A program made the translations under genes and the position numbers. A model generated the notes under the pieces. It searched no databases and had not been told where the DNA came from. It was given only the letters and a program-made list of their open reading frames with translations. This document shows positions 25,604 to 34,989 of a stretch of DNA of 64,000 bases, piece by piece. The stretch spans positions 124,001-188,000 of the IMG/VR virus record IMGVR_UViG_3300028920_000001. One strand, written 5' to 3'. How positions within the stretch are numbered: position 1 is the first letter of the stretch; the number at the start of each line of letters is the position of its first letter.

Positions 25604-25677
25604 GATTGCATAACCTGAACAATTTTCTTGTTATTAGCATTAGCAATCGAGTTAAATAAAATAGAGGCTTCAGCATT
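25600..25677 (-). pseudogene. gene remnant ending in the C-terminal motif
   Basis: Frame reads ...NNKKIVQVMQS* but has an in-frame TAG and no start; ATG after the promoter is in another frame. Confidence 0.45.
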
Positions 25678-25685
25678 CTACGTAT

Positions 25686-25713
25686 AAATACAACAACGCT
25701 AGACCAATTTACG
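25686..25713 (-). promoter_or_regulatory. phage promoter-like motif
   Basis: CGTAAA-N13-GTTGTATTT. Confidence 0.6.
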
Positions 25714-25735
25714 AAACTAAGTCATTTATGATCAT

Positions 25736-26830
25736 TTAGTGAACCATAATTTCAAAATTATCTAATGAAAATGCATGGTTGGCGTACCTCATCGCAGCAT
25801 GATATTCTAAATCACCAATTCTCTCATAAGGATTGAAATCACCCATCACAGTTTTGAGAGCACCGATGTGTGGAAGAATATGAGCCTCTCTTTCATCATA
25901 AATTAAACCTGACTTACAAGTTTCAAAGCGTTCTTCAGAAATAATATCTTCCATTTTTTGACTGAAGAAATCATTGAAAACTTTAATCAATTCGTCTTTA
26001 GTCTGTTCACGAGTTTCTGCTCCGACTAATGGAACAATGCGATTACCCATCACGCATTCGTACGCGCCCACTCCATAAGCTAAGCCGCGCTTTTCTCGCA
26101 CTTCTTGATATAGCGGGGACTCCAGTCCTTCACTGATGCAACTGGAAATCAAACTAGTGATAGCAGCAGCACCCAATCCTAATGGCTTCCTGTGAACTAG
26201 AAATACGATTGCTTGTTCTTCTTTAGGAACAGTCTCGAGCTCTAAATCGTAGGTAGAAAATTCCACCGGATTCGGGATATCAGGTGTTTTAAATTCACCA
26301 TCAAAAGATACATCATGATTACCAACAGTGCAAATTAAACGAGGATTTTGAAATAATTCTTTAGCCAATTCAAGAGAATCTTCATAAGTGAATCCCTCAA
26401 TATCTGAACGAATTCCAATGGGTCCTCCATATTTATAATGTTTACGCATTAAATTATAATAAGTACCACCAAGTTGATGATTAAAACAAACTCCATACTC
26501 TTGCAAAACGACTTTCTTTTCGTTATCGAATTGTTCTTCAGTCCATAATTTTTCTTGTTTAGTCAATCTATCCAACATAATTTGAGAAAATTTGGACAAA
26601 CACTCATCAAGACCACGAGCCCAAAACACTACTCGATTATCAGTTGTGACAGCATTATCGACTACGTTATGCCTTCTCATTTCAGGATAAAGATCTTGAT
26701 AAGTCTTGCACATCAAATGTTCCATCAAATGACTGCAACCCCTGCGTCCAGGCTGTTCCCAGATACCGCCAGCATTGAAAACTACGCCAAAGTAACTCAT
26801 CCCGATGAAACTATCGATCTTTTTATGCAT
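25736..26830 (-). CDS. M16 (insulinase/pitrilysin family) zinc peptidase
   Basis: Inverted zinc motif HLMEH, NAVT, EKKVVLQE, LYQEVREKRGLAYGV. Confidence 0.9.
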   Translation of the reverse strand: MHKKIDSFIGMSYFGVVFNAGGIWEQPGRRGCSHLMEHLMCKTYQDLYPEMRRHNVVDNAVTTDNRVVFWARGLDECLSKFSQIMLDRLTKQEKLWTEEQFDNEKKVVLQEYGVCFNHQLGGTYYNLMRKHYKYGGPIGIRSDIEGFTYEDSLELAKELFQNPRLICTVGNHDVSFDGEFKTPDIPNPVEFSTYDLELETVPKEEQAIVFLVHRKPLGLGAAAITSLISSCISEGLESPLYQEVREKRGLAYGVGAYECVMGNRIVPLVGAETREQTKDELIKVFNDFFSQKMEDIISEERFETCKSGLIYDEREAHILPHIGALKTVMGDFNPYERIGDLEYHAAMRYANHAFSLDNFEIMVH

Positions 26831-26851
26831 GGTCTATATTACACCACCAGC

Positions 26852-27427
26852 TTATTCGTAATTTAGTGTGGCCTCATGAAAGCCACTTTCGGTTACTCGA
26901 TATTCAGTAGGACGATTATCTTCCAAGTATTCTCGATGATTCTTTTTGGCCTCATCATTCGGAAGTAAATCTGGATCAATATTATATACAATGATCTTTT
27001 CAAAATTCTCTGGAATAACTAAGATTTCATCATCTTTCAAATCTTCACTTCGAATCAATTCTAAAGGAACATAGGTGCTCCAGTGTTCAGGTCCAGGCCG
27101 TCCGTCGGAAAGCAATTGATGACGGAATCCGTCATTACATGAATCTAATTGCACTAGATCATAGACCCATGATTCAAATTCTTCTCCGAAATATTCATCG
27201 GAATAAGTTGATCCGGTAGAAGCTTCACGAGGAAACAATCCGGTACGCGTAGTTCCCAACCAGGCATTTAAGTATTCAATTAGAAGGTCGTTAGCCAGAC
27301 TCTTAACAGCCTGTTCTGGAGTCTCTGCTTCAGCTGGAACCACATCATCATAATTAGTGATCCACATTATGGATGTGATTTGTGCAGTTTCAACATACCC
27401 ACCCGTAGAAACAATGCAATAAATCAT
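26852..27427 (-). CDS. hypothetical acidic protein
   Basis: 191-aa ORF. Confidence 0.7.
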   Translation of the reverse strand: MIYCIVSTGGYVETAQITSIMWITNYDDVVPAEAETPEQAVKSLANDLLIEYLNAWLGTTRTGLFPREASTGSTYSDEYFGEEFESWVYDLVQLDSCNDGFRHQLLSDGRPGPEHWSTYVPLELIRSEDLKDDEILVIPENFEKIIVYNIDPDLLPNDEAKKNHREYLEDNRPTEYRVTESGFHEATLNYE

Positions 27428-27443
27428 ACCTAATACACTTACT

Positions 27444-27480
27444 CAATGGCCCATGGATTTTATAAATCCATGGGCCATTG
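27444..27480. terminator. perfect 17-bp inverted repeat
   Basis: CAATGGCCCATGGATTT-TAT-AAATCCATGGGCCATTG just 3' of 27504..28214. Confidence 0.6.
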
Positions 27481-27503
27481 AAAGTTCGACCGAACACTTC
27501 AAC

Positions 27504-28214
27504 TCAAGTTGGGAACTTGAGTGCTGGAGCAACTCGGACCACACTCTGAGCGAGAATAGTCTGCACGTCTTCCGTGGTCTTCTCGATCTCGGCTTCGTAA
27601 TTCTTGGTTGTCTTGACCTTGACCTTGGTCTCGAACAACTTCTCCATGCTGTTAGTGACCTCAGCATCATTCAAACCGGCAACCTCCTTTAGGAGGTTAC
27701 GAATGAGATCCTCAGCATCACCGCGCAGGGTCTTGGTCGTCTCTTCCTCGAACAGCTTGTCGTAAGTCTCCCCAAGCTCCGGCTTGAAATTGAGGACAGC
27801 CTCCTGCTCGACCGAATACTTGTTAGTGCAGACCACCTGAACTACGCGCGTTTCACGACCCGGGGTAGCCGAATCTTCGTCCTTCGGAACCTCAATCGTG
27901 TACGGCACACCGACCGTAGTCACATTGGTCTTGAACGCCTTGTTGTAGCCCTTGCGCTTGTCCGCACCGTAGTCTCGAAGCTCAGCCTGAGCCACCTTGA
28001 AATCGGCTTCGGCCTGCTCGAGTGCCGCCTTCAAATTGGCGCAATACTTGGCTCGATCGGTAATCTTGGGATCGACCCCCAAGTGAACCGTATTCTTTTC
28101 TCGCTTGGCGCCCTTCAGGGCCGGGTCATCGAGTCCCGCGATCAGGGAACCGGTGCCAGCAGGAGCGGGCTTGTCAGTAGCGAGAGCCTTAAGTGCATCG
28201 AGTGCATTTCCCAT
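27504..28214 (-). CDS. hypothetical protein, GC3-rich (likely highly expressed)
   Basis: 236 aa; strong codon bias; AGAGGA RBS; own promoter and hairpin. Confidence 0.85.
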   Translation of the reverse strand: MGNALDALKALATDKPAPAGTGSLIAGLDDPALKGAKREKNTVHLGVDPKITDRAKYCANLKAALEQAEADFKVAQAELRDYGADKRKGYNKAFKTNVTTVGVPYTIEVPKDEDSATPGRETRVVQVVCTNKYSVEQEAVLNFKPELGETYDKLFEEETTKTLRGDAEDLIRNLLKEVAGLNDAEVTNSMEKLFETKVKVKTTKNYEAEIEKTTEDVQTILAQSVVRVAPALKFPT

Positions 28215-28316
28215 TTTGTCCTCTTGTTTGGAAAGGGATCCTCGGCTTAGTCCACCCTAGCATTAGCCCCAATGCTAACGGTAGTGAAGACGAGCCCTTG
28301 ATCTTTCCACTCTGGA

Positions 28317-28344
28317 TCTTACATCCGGAGAGATTCGATTTACG
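28317..28344 (-). promoter_or_regulatory. phage promoter-like motif
   Basis: CGTAAA-N13-GATGTAAGA; upstream block overlaps stop of 28340..28924. Confidence 0.55.
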
Positions 28345-28924
28345 TGTCCATCACCTTCTGGACCTGAGTCTCGCGCCAGGTCATGAGAATATCCCCTTCA
28401 CTACATCCTAATAGATCCAAGGACTTTAGGACTTTTCGAAGCTCATTAAGCTTATGGTTTCTAGCATCATCCAATCTTGACCGAAATTCGGCGCTTTCCT
28501 TATACTTTTCCAAAGCCTGAAGACTTTTGGTTTCAATTTCATTTAATTTAGATTTTAAGGCAACCTTCATGATTGCAATTACATCATCTTTCTTTCTAAC
28601 AAAATGACCGAAATTTAAAATTAGATCACCTATGAAATCCCCATAATTTGAATCAAAATCTACATGGATTCCACCAAATTTTCCACTCTTTTCTTGATAT
28701 ATTACCTCCATGGAAAATTCGAGCCAAAACACTTCGTCATCATGAATACTGACGTAGATTCTAAATTTATCAGTAAGAATCCGATTAATTGATTGATACA
28801 GCTGAGCCAACTGACGAATATCAGCTTCAACCCGAGTAGTTGCCCACTGTGGATTTGCGAGCAAAACTTCTTCGATTCGACGTTTTGCTTCAAAGAAGTT
28901 TCTACGCTTGTGACTCCGACTCAT
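28340..28924 (-). CDS. hypothetical protein, extended C-terminal motif
   Basis: Ends WRETQVQKVMDT*. Confidence 0.8.
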   Translation of the reverse strand: MSRSHKRRNFFEAKRRIEEVLLANPQWATTRVEADIRQLAQLYQSINRILTDKFRIYVSIHDDEVFWLEFSMEVIYQEKSGKFGGIHVDFDSNYGDFIGDLILNFGHFVRKKDDVIAIMKVALKSKLNEIETKSLQALEKYKESAEFRSRLDDARNHKLNELRKVLKSLDLLGCSEGDILMTWRETQVQKVMDT

Positions 28925-29150
28925 GACCCTTCTTCCGGTCTCGATTTCGCTGGAAACGTTCCAGTTGGGACAAATCGTTCACCAGAGGAAGCCATGCCAA
29001 ATGCCACTTCTCGCCTCGGTCTTCGAGATATTGCACAGCTTGGCGAGTCTGTTGAATAGCTTCATCCAGCTCTCTATCCGTGATGTGGTCGCCTCGGCCG
29101 TACTTTTCCCAGACCTTCTTCATGTTGACTTTCGTGTTCTGATTAGCCAT
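28902..29150 (-). CDS. hypothetical helical protein
   Basis: 82 aa; leaderless after promoter motif. Confidence 0.75.
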   Translation of the reverse strand: MANQNTKVNMKKVWEKYGRGDHITDRELDEAIQQTRQAVQYLEDRGEKWHLAWLPLVNDLSQLERFQRNRDRKKGHESESQA

Positions 29151-29156
29151 ACGTTG

Positions 29157-29184
29157 AAGTACGACTCAGATTTGTAGATTTACG
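29157..29184 (-). promoter_or_regulatory. phage promoter-like motif
   Basis: CGTAAA-N13-GTCGTACTT, ATG 6 nt downstream. Confidence 0.65.
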
Positions 29185-29260
29185 AACTGGCTGTGTAATA
29201 ACCGAATGTGTTAACAGCCTGGATAATTATAATGATATTAATTGCCTTACTCGAAACTCA

Positions 29261-29581
29261 CTAATCATCCATCACTTTATAAATTTCTTTCATATGTCGA
29301 AAATCTTCAACACTAATTATTCTAAGACTCGGAGTAAAATTTCTCCAACATGCTGGACTTAATGTCTTTAAAGCCTTATCTCCGTGAAGATCACGTTCAG
29401 CATCTTCTTCAGAATCATATAAATTTGCATACATTAATTCGGCTTCATCAAATTTAGACATCATCCCCCAACTGCTTTTATCAGCTTTAAAAATCCAACC
29501 ACAACCTTCACTAGTGATTATGAACTTCTTGCTGACATCGACAACATTTTTGCTTTCGTCTTTCTTCCTTTCGAAGAGCAT
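29261..29581 (-). CDS. hypothetical protein, C-terminal motif
   Basis: Ends EIYKVMDD*; start uncertain. Confidence 0.7.
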   Translation of the reverse strand: MLFERKKDESKNVVDVSKKFIITSEGCGWIFKADKSSWGMMSKFDEAELMYANLYDSEEDAERDLHGDKALKTLSPACWRNFTPSLRIISVEDFRHMKEIYKVMDD

Positions 29582-29879
29582 CAGCTTCCCTCCGATAGCG
29601 TTGGAAATTGGACCAGTCAGGAGTTACCCAACCTAAAGGTCGTGGCCCTTCTAAAATCTTTACTTTAAACCAACGGATGCCAACAAATTCAGGATTTTTA
29701 TGTGGGATGTACTGACCTACAACCCATAAAGGTGGATATGGTTTCTCACCAGGGCGATTGGGGCGATAAGCATTCTTATTGCATTTCCACATCTTCCAGA
29801 GAGTTGTGCCTGTGGGAATAGAGCACGAATACTCTCCCATCGAATCCAACTCCCAAGGAAAAAGACGAATTTCGTTCAC
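29511..29879 (-). CDS. Trp/Pro-rich hypothetical protein
   Basis: 122 aa; GTG start coupled to upstream stop. Confidence 0.7.
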   Translation of the reverse strand: MNEIRLFPWELDSMGEYSCSIPTGTTLWKMWKCNKNAYRPNRPGEKPYPPLWVVGQYIPHKNPEFVGIRWFKVKILEGPRPLGWVTPDWSNFQRYRREADALRKEERRKQKCCRCQQEVHNH

Positions 29880-30268
29880 TTACCGTCCCAATGCTTCACC
29901 ACCACGGGCTTTCCGATATCCATCTTAAGCTTGAGTCGACGAAGTCGCTTACCAAGAGATTCCGTTCTCTTTCTAAGATTGCATACCTTAGCAAGGGAAA
30001 AGGTAGAAAGGACCAGGTGCTCTGTTCGCTGATCCCATAAATCTTGAGAGTTTAAAGGCGAAAGAACCACATAATTAGTATCAGAACAATAATTATGCTC
30101 ACATCGAGCTTTGGCGTCGATTGCGCATAAGAGTTCTTCAAATTCCCCGTCGATTCCGCTGAAATCGAAGGTCTTACCATTAAAGGTAATCTGTTCATCT
30201 TCATCTATATTCTCAGCGATTAGATGAGTAAGAAGAATGACGTATCCTACGTTTATGTTGTCGCTCAT
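29876..30268 (-). CDS. hypothetical protein
   Basis: 130 aa; leaderless after promoter motif. Confidence 0.7.
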   Translation of the reverse strand: MSDNINVGYVILLTHLIAENIDEDEQITFNGKTFDFSGIDGEFEELLCAIDAKARCEHNYCSDTNYVVLSPLNSQDLWDQRTEHLVLSTFSLAKVCNLRKRTESLGKRLRRLKLKMDIGKPVVVKHWDGK

Positions 30269-30274
30269 GTTGTT

Positions 30275-30302
30275 ATATACAAACTAATAACTAAGACTTC
30301 CA
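30275..30302 (-). promoter_or_regulatory. phage promoter-like motif
   Basis: TGGAAG-N13-TTTGTATAT, ATG 6 nt downstream. Confidence 0.5.
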
Positions 30303-30878
30303 CAGCTCCTTAGTCACAACCTCTTCTTGTACTAAACGAAATCCGATAATTTTAATTTCACAACCGAACTTATAATTCTTCCACACTTCAGTAAATTTCT
30401 TGGCTCTAGTCATTAAGAAACCAAGAGTTTCAATTGACGGACGTTCATGAAAGAACATAGCTACGCTTTGATATGATGAATGCTTACTGGGCATTGCCGT
30501 ATCAGCATCTTTGTCTTTCATACCACCAGATGTCATTTGATATTCTCTAATTGTTTCACGATATTTATCAATAGTATGCTGTTTTCCATGTTCTAAATCG
30601 GGGTACTCATTACCCATCCCATCATTCCAAAAACCGGGAGTAGGATAAATGCTAGTAGGACGATGACAACCGTGCTCATCAGGCACCTGAGCTACGATAT
30701 TATACATCAATTTCGTAAAATCAGGGAATTCTTCTTTAAAGAGCGCAGCATGCTCTTTTCCTTTTTCGCATTCACCAATAATTCCAGTACAATAAGCAGT
30801 CATTTCTCGTTCGAAATTACCTGCGTATTGCTCAGTATCAACCACAAAGATAAATAAATCTTCTTGTTCGTATCTCAT
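30291..30878 (-). CDS. hypothetical protein
   Basis: 195 aa; FVVDTEQYAGNFEREMTAYCTG. Confidence 0.8.
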   Translation of the reverse strand: MRYEQEDLFIFVVDTEQYAGNFEREMTAYCTGIIGECEKGKEHAALFKEEFPDFTKLMYNIVAQVPDEHGCHRPTSIYPTPGFWNDGMGNEYPDLEHGKQHTIDKYRETIREYQMTSGGMKDKDADTAMPSKHSSYQSVAMFFHERPSIETLGFLMTRAKKFTEVWKNYKFGCEIKIIGFRLVQEEVVTKELWKS

Positions 30879-31288
30879 TTCTTTTTCGCCCTTAATTCTG
30901 CTTTGACTTCATCGATAGTTTTGTGAATTTCGTACTGAATATTATTCACTTCATGTAATTTAGCCCAAAATCTTCCACCAGGAAATTTATCTTCCATAAT
31001 TGCTTCAACTTTTTTATCGCGAGCTTTATCTTTCTTAGATTTATAGGTCCGAAATGTGATAGAGTCATAGCTATCTTCATTAGACTTACTCTTATTGAAT
31101 TGTCTAATATAAACTCGATCAATAGTTAAAATAGTTCCTGCTTTAACCGTAACAGAAATGGGTTCCCTTCCTTGCACTCCGTATGACTTTCGAAATTCAT
31201 GATTGCGCATTTCATTATAACAGGTAAAAGTCCAATCTTCAGTTAATTTAATCTGAACTCCACATGACGGGATAAACATTTGCGACAT
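30875..31288 (-). CDS. hypothetical protein
   Basis: Start moved to MSQMFIP to remove overlap; TIDRVYIR, FWAKL. Confidence 0.75.
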   Translation of the reverse strand: MSQMFIPSCGVQIKLTEDWTFTCYNEMRNHEFRKSYGVQGREPISVTVKAGTILTIDRVYIRQFNKSKSNEDSYDSITFRTYKSKKDKARDKKVEAIMEDKFPGGRFWAKLHEVNNIQYEIHKTIDEVKAELRAKKK

Positions 31289-31289
31289 T

Positions 31290-31541
31290 TTATTTTTCCT
31301 CAGGAAAGGCGCTTCGAATGGCTCGAGAAATGAGTCTCCAAATTGAATAAGAATGACGTGGAAAATCGTACACTCGGCCACGTCGATTGACTCGACTGGT
31401 TGAGCCTCGTCTAAACACTTCTACATTATAATTACCACGACTAAAATCAGTTGAAGTACAATCATTACTAACATGCATCCGACCTAATTCTGTAATTTTA
31501 CCAGTTCGGGCACTGTGTAATTCGACTTTAACTATGATCAT
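31290..31541 (-). CDS. hypothetical protein
   Basis: 83 aa; MIIVKVELHSARTG. Confidence 0.75.
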   Translation of the reverse strand: MIIVKVELHSARTGKITELGRMHVSNDCTSTDFSRGNYNVEVFRRGSTSRVNRRGRVYDFPRHSYSIWRLISRAIRSAFPEEK

Positions 31542-31909
31542 AGATTCATCACCGATAGAACCAAGGCATGATCTCGAGCTTCATGTAGTAATTCTCTAAA
31601 ACGTTCCCACAAAGGTCCATACTGCTTAGCAACTTCCGGTCCATCGTGCTCAAAAGTGAAATCACTGGCGTATCGATTAGCTTCCTCATAATCGCCTTCA
31701 ATAATTTTTTCGATGGCACCCTCTCCTAAACCAACAGCAAATATACCATGTTGTTTGATCTTATGTAATTCCACACTAAGTTCAATTACATATTTTAATC
31801 GTAATTTACGTTCGGTTCTATCAGCTAAGAACCAAGATCTTTTGAGCGATTCTATATAGTATCGCTCAAAATTTTTCATCATAGCCGCTTTTATTTCATC
31901 CTGATTCAA
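31538..31909 (-). CDS. hypothetical protein, C-terminal motif
   Basis: Ends LVLSVMNL*. Confidence 0.75.
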   Translation of the reverse strand: MNQDEIKAAMMKNFERYYIESLKRSWFLADRTERKLRLKYVIELSVELHKIKQHGIFAVGLGEGAIEKIIEGDYEEANRYASDFTFEHDGPEVAKQYGPLWERFRELLHEARDHALVLSVMNL

Positions 31910-32276
31910 ATTCTTCCGTGCTCACTGAGCTTGCTGTTGGTTTAAATGTGTATTTGCCAACGAAGTTCTTATGTCCAGCTATGGCCTGTAGTTCATTTGA
32001 GTATCTTAATTCATCAACAGAATGACCGGATGGGAGAAAAACCTGAGTTTCAAATGGATAGCTGTCAATATCTGAATCAATGATCCCTAATTCAGCATAA
32101 GGCAAACGCACTGTAGAAACAAGATACCCATTCACCCTTGTTTTCGCAATAATTCGTTTATCCTTAGGAAGCCGGGTATCACCAAATAAGTGATTTAAAT
32201 TAGCTTGCCATTTATGCCGGTAGCGCCAGGCCAACCAAAATCCAATAAGAACAACAATACCCCAAAAGATATTCAT
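31896..32276 (-). CDS. membrane-anchored hypothetical protein
   Basis: N-terminal hydrophobic helix; VSTV...FETQVF. Confidence 0.75.
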   Translation of the reverse strand: MNIFWGIVVLIGFWLAWRYRHKWQANLNHLFGDTRLPKDKRIIAKTRVNGYLVSTVRLPYAELGIIDSDIDSYPFETQVFLPSGHSVDELRYSNELQAIAGHKNFVGKYTFKPTASSVSTEEFESG

Positions 32277-32291
32277 GTCTAACCCTATAGT

Positions 32292-32552
32292 TTACAGTCC
32301 CATCACTTCGAGCAGAGCAATTTCTTCTTTAGTTAATCGATATTTAGTAATTTTATCCCAATAATCTACAACTTGGTGTCGATGCATATTACATCGAGAG
32401 ACAATCCAGGCTGTTTCAGTTCCTGTCTGCCAGCCGTCCCCAATCATCCAGACATGCTTACATATACCGCCACAGATTTGACATTGACGGAGTGCTAATA
32501 AATCTGCGTCGGTCAATTTAAAATTCAATAAGATATTAGAAGGAATGGTCAT
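32292..32552 (-). CDS. small CxxC/CxxH zinc protein, C-terminal motif
   Basis: CQICG...RCNMH; ends ALLEVMGL*. Confidence 0.75.
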   Translation of the reverse strand: MTIPSNILLNFKLTDADLLALRQCQICGGICKHVWMIGDGWQTGTETAWIVSRCNMHRHQVVDYWDKITKYRLTKEEIALLEVMGL

Positions 32553-32803
32553 TCATTGAGAGCCCGTAATTCTTCAAGCATTTGTTGTTTTTCTTCTTCA
32601 ATTCTATTAAGATCAATCTCAAAAAAATCTGCTAACAATTTTTGAATTGATGTCCGGACCGGGGCGTAATCATTATATTTATCTGGTTCACAAAGCTGAA
32701 TCTGAGATTCACTAAGCCAATCAACAAACTCCCCAATTTTCTGACTAAACTGGCTGATAGCTTTTAGCTTAATATGCTCGGGATACCTAGTCTCTTCGTC
32801 CAT
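32549..32803 (-). CDS. hypothetical protein
   Basis: Start moved to MDEETRYPEH, 6 nt after promoter motif; FFEID...E.EK. Confidence 0.75.
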   Translation of the reverse strand: MDEETRYPEHIKLKAISQFSQKIGEFVDWLSESQIQLCEPDKYNDYAPVRTSIQKLLADFFEIDLNRIEEEKQQMLEELRALNE

Positions 32804-32809
32804 ACACAA

Positions 32810-32837
32810 ATATACAAAACTCAAGCCGGCATTTACA
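32810..32837 (-). promoter_or_regulatory. phage promoter-like motif
   Basis: TGTAAA-N13-TTTGTATAT. Confidence 0.6.
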
Positions 32838-32861
32838 ATTTTGGTAAAATTTAATTAGTAT

Positions 32862-33059
32862 ATGACCAAATCCAACACAGCCTTTTTCCTGAGAAATTTA
32901 AAAGACTGGGCTGCCGAATTACAGGCTAGGTATCAATGCCCAGTATCTATCTCTCGAGATAGAACTGGTTATGTATTTGTGATACAAACAGAATATAATA
33001 TAGATATTCCTAAAATATATAGGAATATTCCGGTTCGACGTCAACTTATTGCAGGCTAA
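32862..33059 (+). CDS. small hypothetical protein
   Basis: 65-aa ORF filling an intergenic gap. Confidence 0.5.
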   Translation: MTKSNTAFFLRNLKDWAAELQARYQCPVSISRDRTGYVFVIQTEYNIDIPKIYRNIPVRRQLIAG

Positions 33060-33465
33060 TCTTACCTATTTGATCAGGTGTAGGAGTAATAATCCCCGCT
33101 TCAGCAGCGGTTAGACGCTTCAAGATTTCTTGTCCTTCGGCAATAATTTTATAGTGTTTGCGCCGATCATTTTCATGCATGTCCTCGAAAAAGATGAGAA
33201 GCTCAGGAATCACATAAGTGGTTGCCGGATGAATGCTAACTCCATAAGGAGTTAGCTGTGGAATTCGGCCAACCTTGACCTTTCCATCCGGAGTTTCTCC
33301 TACTTGAACCACCTGAATTTGAAATTCAAAAATATCGTGAATCTCAAGTGGTTGATGATTGTTCCACTTCTTTATGGCTTCATCCTTAGATTCTGCAATT
33401 TTGCCAATCCAGCGTCCATTGGAAGTCTCAATGATTGCGTAATTACCTTTAATTTTATCTGACAT
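33046..33465 (-). CDS. hypothetical beta-rich protein
   Basis: 139 aa. Confidence 0.75.
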   Translation of the reverse strand: MSDKIKGNYAIIETSNGRWIGKIAESKDEAIKKWNNHQPLEIHDIFEFQIQVVQVGETPDGKVKVGRIPQLTPYGVSIHPATTYVIPELLIFFEDMHENDRRKHYKIIAEGQEILKRLTAAEAGIITPTPDQIGKISLQ

Positions 33466-33483
33466 AGAGGAACGATACCACGC

Positions 33484-33936
33484 TCAATCAGTCATGATTC
33501 TTTCAACAAAATAAAAATCTGTGGCCTCTTTCACATTTTTCTCGCTAATCCTAAACCAATTAAACAAATCTAGATACTTAAATACGATTCCTTTATTGAT
33601 TAATTCAGAGCCCTCCTTAACAAATGCTCTGATCTCCATCAGAGCATTGAAATCAAGTACATAATGATTATCAAGAATAGCTATAATGACTTCGACGTTA
33701 GCCTCTAAAGAAGTCGGGTCATACCTTAGACCATTGTATCCATCAAGATGATTACCATGAAAGCTAAATCCATAAAACTTTTCATCATTAGTTTTGATCA
33801 GCTCTATCCTACCTTCACTTCTTGACTTCAAATGAAGAGTTACCAACCTATTTTCAAATGCGCCACCAATACCAGTCTGTGAATAATAGGTCCGCTTAAA
33901 ACCGGTAATTTCGCGTTTTTGATGAAACGGAGTCAT
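33484..33936 (-). CDS. hypothetical protein, C-terminal motif
   Basis: Ends FVERIMTD*. Confidence 0.8.
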   Translation of the reverse strand: MTPFHQKREITGFKRTYYSQTGIGGAFENRLVTLHLKSRSEGRIELIKTNDEKFYGFSFHGNHLDGYNGLRYDPTSLEANVEVIIAILDNHYVLDFNALMEIRAFVKEGSELINKGIVFKYLDLFNWFRISEKNVKEATDFYFVERIMTD

Positions 33937-34382
33937 GATTCCATCACGTGACTCACTACATTTCTACGTTTAATCATTCTAGTGATTTCTGTCCGGTGTT
34001 GCTTCCACCACTCGGTCTGTTTAATTGCAGTCCCTACATTTTTCAGATGCAGTTTGTTAAAATAAATACTGTTAATACCGATTTCTTTAATCAGGCTGCT
34101 AACAGCTTGGTTGTCCTGTTGATCACGGAATACTACTAATACAGCAGTAAACCATTTACTATTAAATTCTTTGAATGAATTTCCCTTCGAGTCCTCAAAA
34201 TAACCAGCTTTATTAATATGAAGATCATGAAACCAAGTTCCAAGATCTAATGATGAAGAAGAAACAAGAGTTTCTATCTTCAGTCCAGCTAAGGTCTTTT
34301 CAAGAGCACGGAGAGTCTCCGGCTGCTTCAACATCCATCTTAGCATAACAGCATTTTCATTTATCATGGATATCCATTCCAT
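33933..34382 (-). CDS. hypothetical protein, C-terminal motif
   Basis: Ends VVSHVMES*; shares LKQTEWWK..H..I.R with 45210..45647. Confidence 0.8.
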   Translation of the reverse strand: MEWISMINENAVMLRWMLKQPETLRALEKTLAGLKIETLVSSSSLDLGTWFHDLHINKAGYFEDSKGNSFKEFNSKWFTAVLVVFRDQQDNQAVSSLIKEIGINSIYFNKLHLKNVGTAIKQTEWWKQHRTEITRMIKRRNVVSHVMES

Positions 34383-34824
34383 TCAATTCAGCTAGTTGCT
34401 TCATCGCATCGTAAAATGGAGATAATTTCATAAGCTCTAACGGTCTAACCGCACAATAGGATCGAGTCTTCAGCATATTAATACGAATTTCATCCACCGG
34501 TACAGCGTAGCTACGCAGGTGCTCATGCTCCCGGTCGGGATCAAGGGTCAAGTCCACCGTCTCGCCGTCCACGATAAGCCACGCGTGCTCGATCGGAATG
34601 ATGGACATCACATAACCCTCCCGATATTCGACATCGAGCGGAAGTTGATATCTGTCCACATCAATTGCAAATCGCTGACAATTGGCAAAGCATTCCTTAA
34701 TACCAGGAACTAGGCCAATTTCATCCAGAGTATCCTGAACCTTCTTAGGAAGATGGTCCGTTCGAGCCGGATAAAACCCATCCCGAAGATAAATAACAAT
34801 TTGCTCTTCAGCAGTCATCGTCAT
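34357..34824 (-). CDS. hypothetical protein (C..N...Y.EG...HAW family)
   Basis: ECFANC...YREGY...IEHAW...VDLT resembles a permuted papain/transglutaminase-like core; weak. Confidence 0.7.
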   Translation of the reverse strand: MTMTAEEQIVIYLRDGFYPARTDHLPKKVQDTLDEIGLVPGIKECFANCQRFAIDVDRYQLPLDVEYREGYVMSIIPIEHAWLIVDGETVDLTLDPDREHEHLRSYAVPVDEIRINMLKTRSYCAVRPLELMKLSPFYDAMKQLAELNGMDIHDK

Positions 34825-34931
34825 GGCTCACCGACCACAATCAGTCGGATAATGGTCATAACTAAGGCTAATGATCCGCCGACTAAAAATCCCCCGATCA
34901 TCCAGCGGATTATTTTAGTTTGGGTATCCAT
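34821..34931 (-). CDS. small membrane peptide (36 aa)
   Basis: MDTQTKIIRWMIGGFLVGGSLALVMTIIRLIVVGEP*; ATGA-coupled. Confidence 0.45.
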   Translation of the reverse strand: MDTQTKIIRWMIGGFLVGGSLALVMTIIRLIVVGEP

Positions 34932-34947
34932 ATTTTTATATATGTGA

Positions 34948-34976
34948 CCCCGGCCGGTCTTATGACCGGCTCGGGG
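34948..34976. terminator. GC-rich hairpin
   Basis: CCCCGGCCGGTC-TTAT-GACCGGCTCGGGG 3' of 34990..35796. Confidence 0.55.
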
Positions 34977-34989
34977 CTCTTGTTTAGTC

